In this document: positions 58,913 through 64,000 of the stretch, piece by piece | How the letters are laid out: each line of letters opens with the position of its first letter | Numbering within the stretch: position 1 is the stretch's first letter | Assembly: GCA_020444275.1 (NCBI GenBank) | Contig: JAHLLG010000006.1 | Location: forward strand, 12,316 to 76,315 | Length of the DNA stretch: 64,000 nucleotides | From: Bacteroidota bacterium | GTDB lineage: Bacteria > Bacteroidota > Bacteroidia > Bacteroidales > UBA12077 | Reading direction: 5' to 3' | Translations under genes and position numbers: made by a program | Notes under the pieces: model-generated | What the model was told of the DNA's origin: nothing | The model's input: only the letters and a program-made list of their open reading frames with translations | The model's database searches: none

Positions 58913-59066
58913 CACGGCTTTTAGCCGTACTGAAGTCTCCCTAGAACCGCTATAGACGGTTCAACGGTTTTTAGATCAACAATAGTAATTGATATCCGTA
59001 TCACGGCATTTAGCCGTAGTACGGATTTTACATCCCTGTATCACGACTTTTCGCCGTAAGACAGGG
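58913..59066 (+). repeat. REP-like hairpin cluster (three copies of YCACGRCWTTTMGCCGTA plus one unrelated hairpin)
   Basis: Cores at 58913-58928, 59001-59017 and 59041-59057. Copies 2 and 3 carry outer stems atccgta/tacggat and ccctgt/acaggg. A separate hairpin gaaccg/cggttc lies at 58944-58962. Confidence 0.8.
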
Positions 59067-59129
59067 TTTATATTCAACAACCAATATTTGTAGCATCTTT
59101 AGTCGGAGAAATGCGCACTTAATCAATTC

Positions 59130-59722
59130 TTAAGCTTCAATAACTGTATCTAAACCATTTGTTTGGTTAAACAAATCATCTTCCAATGAAATAGTTTTTA
59201 AAGCGAGCGTTTTATTTACCAAACTTCCATTACGTAATCCCATGTAATCACGATATGAAGAGAATTCCCAATCTTCCTTGATTTTTACTAAACCTGACAC
59301 CACCGGATTATTATGAATATAATGAAAACAGTAATAATCGTATCCTATTTCATCGGGTTTTGATATTTTACCATAAAAAATATCATTTAATGGTTTTATT
59401 TTTGAGTTTTGTTGAAATAACGAACCTGTTCTTTTTTCTTGTTTATTAATTGCTTGCGTATAACTGCTTAACATAATATGCAAGTTTTCAGAGAAAATAT
59501 TTGCTTTGGCTTTACCATACTTTACTGTTTTTTCTGAATTAGCATTTCCAGCAATCATAAAATGGAAATGGTTAGGCATTAGGCAGTATGCTAATATATC
59601 GCAGTGAGGGTAAAGATGTTTGCGAACTTTTCGCAGGAAAATATGTAATTGTCTCTATTAAAGAATATTTTTTGACTGTTATTTCCTCTATTGTAGAGAT
59701 GATAAATGAGGTCTTTTTCCAT
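59130..59722 (-). pseudogene. REP-associated tyrosine transposase (RAYT, IS200/Y1 family) interrupted by a 1-nt frameshift
   Basis: Minus-strand ATG at 59722 gives MEKDLIYHLYNRGNNSQKIFFNRDNYI. After the A4 run at 59638-59641, the -1 frame continues FLRKVRKHLYPHCDILAYCLMPNHFHFMI (HuH motif), and 59130..59579 completes the protein. Confidence 0.8.
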
Positions 59723-59744
59723 TTTAGTTCTAAAATGATTAAAT

Positions 59745-59752
59745 CAAATTTA
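59745..59752 (-). promoter_or_regulatory. -7 promoter box (TAAATTTG on minus strand) for the RAYT gene
   Basis: 22 nt upstream of the ATG at 59722. Confidence 0.4.
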
Positions 59753-59769
59753 CATAAAATGCTTAAATG

Positions 59770-60213
59770 TTAATTATCCTCGGCATACCACTCAGCAAAA
59801 GAAGTAGCTGTTTCATGGAGTTTTAAGCTGTATAATTTTAAGTGAGGAGGTAAGTTCTTTTGAATCTTTTCCACAAAGTCAATCACCATATTTTCGCAGG
59901 TAGGCTGATAATCGACAATGTATTGTTTTTTAAACATCTGATTGCTAAAATCTAAATTTTCTGTAGCTTTTTTATTTAATGTTATGGCATGATCCATGGG
60001 ATGCACGATTTGTTCATTTACGATTTTTTTCAAATCCCCAAAATCTATTACCATTCCATTTTTAGGATCCTTGTCATCATTAAGAGGTTCACCAATTACC
60101 GTCACAAACATACGATACGAGTGTCCATGTATGTTTGCACAGGGACCATCGTAGTTCCACAATGCGTGTGCAATTTCGAAATTAAATTCTTTGGTAACCC
60201 TTATCTTAGCCAT
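59770..60213 (-). CDS. queD: 6-carboxytetrahydropterin synthase
   Basis: EFNFEIAHAL, GPCANIHGHSY, and HETATSFAEW. The ATG at 60213 is 22 nt downstream of a -7 box, so the longer ORF to 60279 is unlikely. Confidence 0.88.
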   Translation of the reverse strand: MAKIRVTKEFNFEIAHALWNYDGPCANIHGHSYRMFVTVIGEPLNDDKDPKNGMVIDFGDLKKIVNEQIVHPMDHAITLNKKATENLDFSNQMFKKQYIVDYQPTCENMVIDFVEKIQKNLPPHLKLYSLKLHETATSFAEWYAEDN

Positions 60214-60235
60214 GGCAATGATTTTAGTTATTATA

Positions 60236-60243
60236 CAAAGATA
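60236..60243 (-). promoter_or_regulatory. -7 promoter box (TATCTTTG on minus strand) for queD
   Basis: The plus strand reads caaagata, 22 nt upstream of the queD ATG at 60213. Confidence 0.45.
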
Positions 60244-60272
60244 CAACAGAATTGTTGAATGCAAGCAAAAGA

Positions 60273-60302
60273 AAACCATTCAACAGATATATTGAATGGT
60301 TT
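60273..60302 (-). terminator. Terminator hairpin after the ArsR-family gene
   Basis: 11-bp stem aaaccattcaa / ttgaatggttt, followed on the minus strand by tcttttg. Confidence 0.65.
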
Positions 60303-60325
60303 TATAAAATATCATCAAGAAGTTA

Positions 60326-60625
60326 CTAACCCATTGTACACTTGCTTACACAGTTCACGATGTTACTTAAATTGGCATGCTTAAGAAAGTAATATGTGTT
60401 CTTACCTTCTCTTTTTGAGCTTAATACACCTTTATCTTTTAGAATTCCTAAATGATGAGAGGTTGTAGATTGTTCTATTTTAAGTAGCTCGTGAATTTCG
60501 GTAACAGTTAATTTTTTACCATCTTCTAAATAATTAAGAATAGCTATTCTCATAGGATGCGCTATTGCTTTTAGCATGTTTGCTGCTTCTTCTAACTGGT
60601 CAATTGTCAGGTCCTTAATTTGCAT
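60326..60625 (-). CDS. ArsR/SmtB-family transcriptional regulator
   Basis: LKAIAHPMRIAILNYL, wHTH LTVTEIHELLKIEQSTTSHHLGILK, and a C-terminal CVSKC. Confidence 0.85.
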   Translation of the reverse strand: MQIKDLTIDQLEEAANMLKAIAHPMRIAILNYLEDGKKLTVTEIHELLKIEQSTTSHHLGILKDKGVLSSKREGKNTYYFLKHANLSNIVNCVSKCTMG

Positions 60626-60848
60626 TTTCTGTTCAAAAATTTTGGTTAATTAGACAAATGCAAATATATAAATATATTATTATAAAAATTGTGATAATAG
60701 TCAGGATTTTGAATATTTTAATATGAATGTGAGCTTATTAGCCATTATTCTAATGAATTTAGGAAGATTAATTAATGGCAATATTCGTGAACAGCATGGA
60801 AAGAAAACTGTTTACCATTAAAATGGTTTTGAACCATTTTTTAATTAC

Positions 60849-60856
60849 TATATTTG
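60849..60856 (+). promoter_or_regulatory. -7 promoter box (TATATTTG)
   Basis: 16 nt upstream of the ATG at 60873. Confidence 0.4.
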
Positions 60857-60872
60857 AGAAAATATTCTAACA

Positions 60873-61850
60873 ATGTCGACAGTAGATAAGATAAAGACTC
60901 CCATAAAAACAGAAATGGAAAAATTTGAACCATTTTTCCGTTCATCCATGCAAACAAAAGTTCCTTTGTTGAATATTATTATGAATTATATTCTTCGAAG
61001 AAAAGGAAAACAAATGCGGCCGATGTTTGTTTTTTTAACTGCTAAAATGCTGCAGAATGAGGTTAAACAGTCGACATATTCTGCTGCTTCTTTAATTGAA
61101 TTGTTGCACACTGCTACTTTAATCCATGATGATGTGGTTGATGAAGCTTATGAACGAAGAGGATTTTTCTCTATCAATGCACTTTGGAAATCAAAGATCA
61201 GTGTTTTAGTTGGTGATTATCTTTTATCAAAAGGGCTTTTATTGGCGGTTGATAATAATGAATATGAATTGCTTAAAATTGTTTCGGTTGCAGTAAAAGA
61301 AATGAGCGAAGGTGAACTGTTACAAATTCAGCAATCAAGAAAGTTGAACATTACAGAAGAAATTTATTTTGATATTATTCGCAAAAAAACCGCAGCGTTA
61401 ATAGCTGCTTGTGCTGCCAGTGGTGCAAAATCAACCGGAGCAGATGATGAAATGGTTGAAAAAATGCGTTTGTTTGGCGAATATGTTGGCATGGCCTTTC
61501 AAATAAAAGATGATCTGCTTGACTATCAAAACAATGGAAATATTGGTAAACCATCGGGGAATGATATTAAAGAGAAAAAGTTAACATTGCCGATCATTCA
61601 TGTGCTTAGCCAATCTTCTAATGGTGATAAAAAACGTATTATTGGAATTGTTAAAAAGCACAACAAGAATAAGAAAAAAGTTCAAGAGGTTATTGACTTT
61701 GTAATTCAAAACGGTGGATTGGATTACACCATGGAGAAAATGCATGAATACCAAAACAAAGCATTAGAACTTCTTAGAGATATTCCGGATAGCGACTCCA
61801 AGCAATCAATGATTGAGTTGGTGAATTACGTTGTGGAACGAAAAAAATAA
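60873..61850 (+). CDS. Polyprenyl diphosphate synthase (long-chain, IspB-like)
   Basis: First DDxxD in LIHDDVVD and second in FQIKDDLLD. Confidence 0.88.
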   Translation: MSTVDKIKTPIKTEMEKFEPFFRSSMQTKVPLLNIIMNYILRRKGKQMRPMFVFLTAKMLQNEVKQSTYSAASLIELLHTATLIHDDVVDEAYERRGFFSINALWKSKISVLVGDYLLSKGLLLAVDNNEYELLKIVSVAVKEMSEGELLQIQQSRKLNITEEIYFDIIRKKTAALIAACAASGAKSTGADDEMVEKMRLFGEYVGMAFQIKDDLLDYQNNGNIGKPSGNDIKEKKLTLPIIHVLSQSSNGDKKRIIGIVKKHNKNKKKVQEVIDFVIQNGGLDYTMEKMHEYQNKALELLRDIPDSDSKQSMIELVNYVVERKK

Positions 61851-61855
61851 GAATG

Positions 61856-61892
61856 GTAGACCTAACAGGTTTCTACAACCTGTTAGGTCTAC
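61856..61892. terminator. Bidirectional terminator, perfect 15-bp stem
   Basis: gtagacctaacaggt / acctgttaggtctac with a 7-nt loop, between convergent genes. Confidence 0.8.
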
Positions 61893-61893
61893 T

Positions 61894-62763
61894 TTAGAAA
61901 TATTTAATCTCTTTTTGATAAATATCTGACAATAAATTATTAGCCAAACGACTTGCTCCAATTCTAAACAGCTCAGGATTTAACCATTCATCTCCCAAAT
62001 TTTCTTTGACAATGGCAAAATAAGCTAAAGCATCTTCTTTGGTTGCTATTCCTCCTGCAGGTTTTATTCCTATTTTTTTACCGGTTTTTTCGTGGAACAT
62101 TTTTATTGCTTTAGTCATAACATAAACCGCATCGGTTGTTGCTGCAGGGTCTTGTTTTCCTGTTGAAGTTTTAATAAAATCAGCACCAGCTTCCATAGCC
62201 AGGATGCTTGCTTCCCAAATTTGCTGATGTGATTTAAGTGCTCCCGATTCAAGTATTACTTTTAAATGATTATCATCAATAGCAGATTTAATGTCTTTTA
62301 TCTCCTTGAAACAATATTCCAAGTCGCCTTCGAAAAACTTACCAACCGAAAGCACAATATCGATTTCTGTAGCTCCGGCCTTAATAGCTTGTTTACACTC
62401 TTCAACTTTAATATTTAGAAATGTTTGTGAAGAAGGAAATCCCCCTCCCACAGAGGCAATTTCAATGGTATTGCTTCTTAAATTATCTCTGACGTATTCA
62501 ACCATACTCGGATAAACGCAAATAGCCGCAACATTAGGAATATCGGGAAAGTTTTGTTTTAAACTGTCCACTTGGATAGCCATTCCTGCAACCTTTTCTG
62601 CATTATCTTCTGTGTTTAAACTGGTTAGATCAATTAAGCTAAATGTTTTCTTTAAATTTTCAGTGTTTGCATATTGATGACTGTTGTTTGCAATGATGGC
62701 AACTTTTTGCTCAATATCTTCCTTAAGAAAGTCTGCATTGTATTTTTCAAATAGTTCTTTCAT
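61894..62763 (-). CDS. deoC: Deoxyribose-phosphate aldolase (long form)
   Basis: IDLTSL, a Schiff-base lysine context FIKTSTGK, and IKPAGGI. Confidence 0.85.
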   Translation of the reverse strand: MKELFEKYNADFLKEDIEQKVAIIANNSHQYANTENLKKTFSLIDLTSLNTEDNAEKVAGMAIQVDSLKQNFPDIPNVAAICVYPSMVEYVRDNLRSNTIEIASVGGGFPSSQTFLNIKVEECKQAIKAGATEIDIVLSVGKFFEGDLEYCFKEIKDIKSAIDDNHLKVILESGALKSHQQIWEASILAMEAGADFIKTSTGKQDPAATTDAVYVMTKAIKMFHEKTGKKIGIKPAGGIATKEDALAYFAIVKENLGDEWLNPELFRIGASRLANNLLSDIYQKEIKYF

Positions 62764-63090
62764 CTACTTAAGTTTTTCGTTATTAATGTGCCTGGTTGAA
62801 TCCCGGGTTGTTTTTTTATCAAGATTATTTTTTAAAGCATCGGTCAAATTTACACCAGTTTGATTGGCAATACAAATTAATACAAAAAGCACATCGGCCA
62901 ATTCTTCTTCAAGGCTCTTTTCTTTATCGCTTTCTTTAAACGATTGTTCACCATATTTACGGGCAATTATTCTGGCTAATTCACCTACTTCTTCTGTAAG
63001 CAATGCCATGTTGGTTAGTTCGTTAAAATAACGAACACCATATTTTTTTATCCACTGATCTATTTTATTTTGTGCTTCCTGTATTGTCAT
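62764..63090 (-). CDS. MazG-like nucleotide pyrophosphohydrolase
   Basis: EEVGELARI and EELADVLFVLICIAN (the EExxE/D metal motifs). Confidence 0.85.
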   Translation of the reverse strand: MTIQEAQNKIDQWIKKYGVRYFNELTNMALLTEEVGELARIIARKYGEQSFKESDKEKSLEEELADVLFVLICIANQTGVNLTDALKNNLDKKTTRDSTRHINNEKLK

Positions 63091-64000
63091 TTTGCATATA
63101 TTTTATACGTGCAAGTGAAATAAAAATTCCCAAAAAACAAAGGACAGCAAAAATTAGAAAGATAGTTCTCACACTTATCAGGAATTCGTTATAATTCGAA
63201 GGTTTGATTTCTTCCTTTCCAATGAAAATTGAGAAAATCATCATGGCAACAGCCATGCTTGACATTTGTCCGATAAGCCTCATGGTTCCTACAGTACCTG
63301 ATGCAATTCCATAAAATTTCTTTTCAACAGAGCTCATAATGGCATTTGAATTGGGTGATGAAAACAATGAATATCCAATACCAAAAGCAAATAAAACACT
63401 CATAATAAATATGATATTTGATTCCGAGGTTAAAAAGTAAAGAATAAATAAACCGGCAGAGATAATAATCATTCCGGCTGTTGCCAGTTTACCCGGATTT
63501 ACTTTGTCTGATAGCTTTCCTGTTACCGGAGAAAAGATGGTCATTAGTACCGGTTGTACAACCAAAATTTGACCTGCCTGTTGTGGATCAAGTCCTTTAA
63601 TGTATTGTAGGTACAGGCTTAAAACAAAACCAATGGCAAACGTTGCGCCATAAATAATTAAGGCGGAGTAATTTGAAAAAGCAAAAAGCTTGTTTTTTTG
63701 AAAGAGTTGAATATTGATAACCGGAAACGCTTGTCGTTTTTCAAAATAGATAAACACAACGATACCTGCAATTCCTGATAATGTAAAGATTGCTCCCTGA
63801 ATATTTGGCAGTTGCCCAAAACCGTATATCAATAAAACAATCGAAACACCGTAAATGATAGAGCCTTTCCAATCGAATTTTTCACCTTTTGCATCGGCCC
63901 ATTCCAAACCTTTAAAATATACAACACTTAGAATAAGAGCTGTTAAACCAAGTGGTACAGTGAATATAAATACACTTTCCCAACCCAGGTTTTTAGTTAA
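63065..64000 (-). CDS. MFS transporter, N-terminal part beyond window edge
   Basis: The minus frame stays open from 63907 to base 64000 (LTKNLGWESVFIFTVPLGLTALILSVVYFKG...). About 8 TM helices are visible. It overlaps the mazG-like start by 26 nt. Confidence 0.8.
   Translation of the reverse strand, partial: LTKNLGWESVFIFTVPLGLTALILSVVYFKGLEWADAKGEKFDWKGSIIYGVSIVLLIYGFGQLPNIQGAIFTLSGIAGIVVFIYFEKRQAFPVINIQLFQKNKLFAFSNYSALIIYGATFAIGFVLSLYLQYIKGLDPQQAGQILVVQPVLMTIFSPVTGKLSDKVNPGKLATAGMIIISAGLFILYFLTSESNIIFIMSVLFAFGIGYSLFSSPNSNAIMSSVEKKFYGIASGTVGTMRLIGQMSSMAVAMMIFSIFIGKEEIKPSNYNEFLISVRTIFLIFAVLCFLGIFISLARIKYMQNDNTGSTK

Noticed and set aside
59588-59773. ORF 59588..59773 (+), 61 aa
   Set aside because: It is antisense to the N-terminal fragment of the frameshifted RAYT gene. 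The minus strand gives a recognisable transposase sequence.
60214-60279. N-terminal 22-aa extension of queD (MVFFCLHSTILLYLCIITKIIA)
   Set aside because: The extension would include the queD -7 promoter box and part of the upstream terminator. The family N-terminus starts at MAKIRVTKEF.

Overview
This is a low-GC, Bacteroidota-like chromosomal segment. The taxon is an inference from TAnnTTTG -7 promoter boxes ahead of many genes and from DUF4271-hemD and dut-TPR-M23 gene order. I call about 50 protein genes and saw no rRNA, tRNA or CRISPR array. Most of the window is housekeeping (nadA, rpiB, ruvB, pheS, dut, ybeY, mnmG, ade, uvrC, hemD, rnpA, polA, queD, deoC), plus a TetR-TolC-MFP-RND efflux operon and three sensor kinases. 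Three accessory patches stand out. (1) 1-8.6 kb is a polysaccharide locus (wecB, TPR sensor kinase, polyprenyl-phosphate sugar transferase, Wzi-like outer-membrane protein). All five of its intergenic gaps carry one family of phased 7-bp arrays and 97-bp tandem units, and a four-helix-bundle gene (23S-IVS protein/Avd family) is bracketed by inverted arrays. (2) 19.8-29.4 kb holds a 1388-aa fusion of a GT4-like glycosyltransferase, an unknown middle region and a phosphodiester glycosidase. It overlaps hemW and sits upstream of a multi-PAS HisKA_3 kinase and a receiver-only regulator, all convergent with a paralogous GT4 gene. (3) 58.9-59.7 kb holds a frameshifted RAYT (IS200-like Y1 transposase) beside a cluster of nested REP hairpins. 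I found no recognisable defence system. All functional readings of the repeats are hypotheses, and product calls rest on motifs read by eye, not on database searches.
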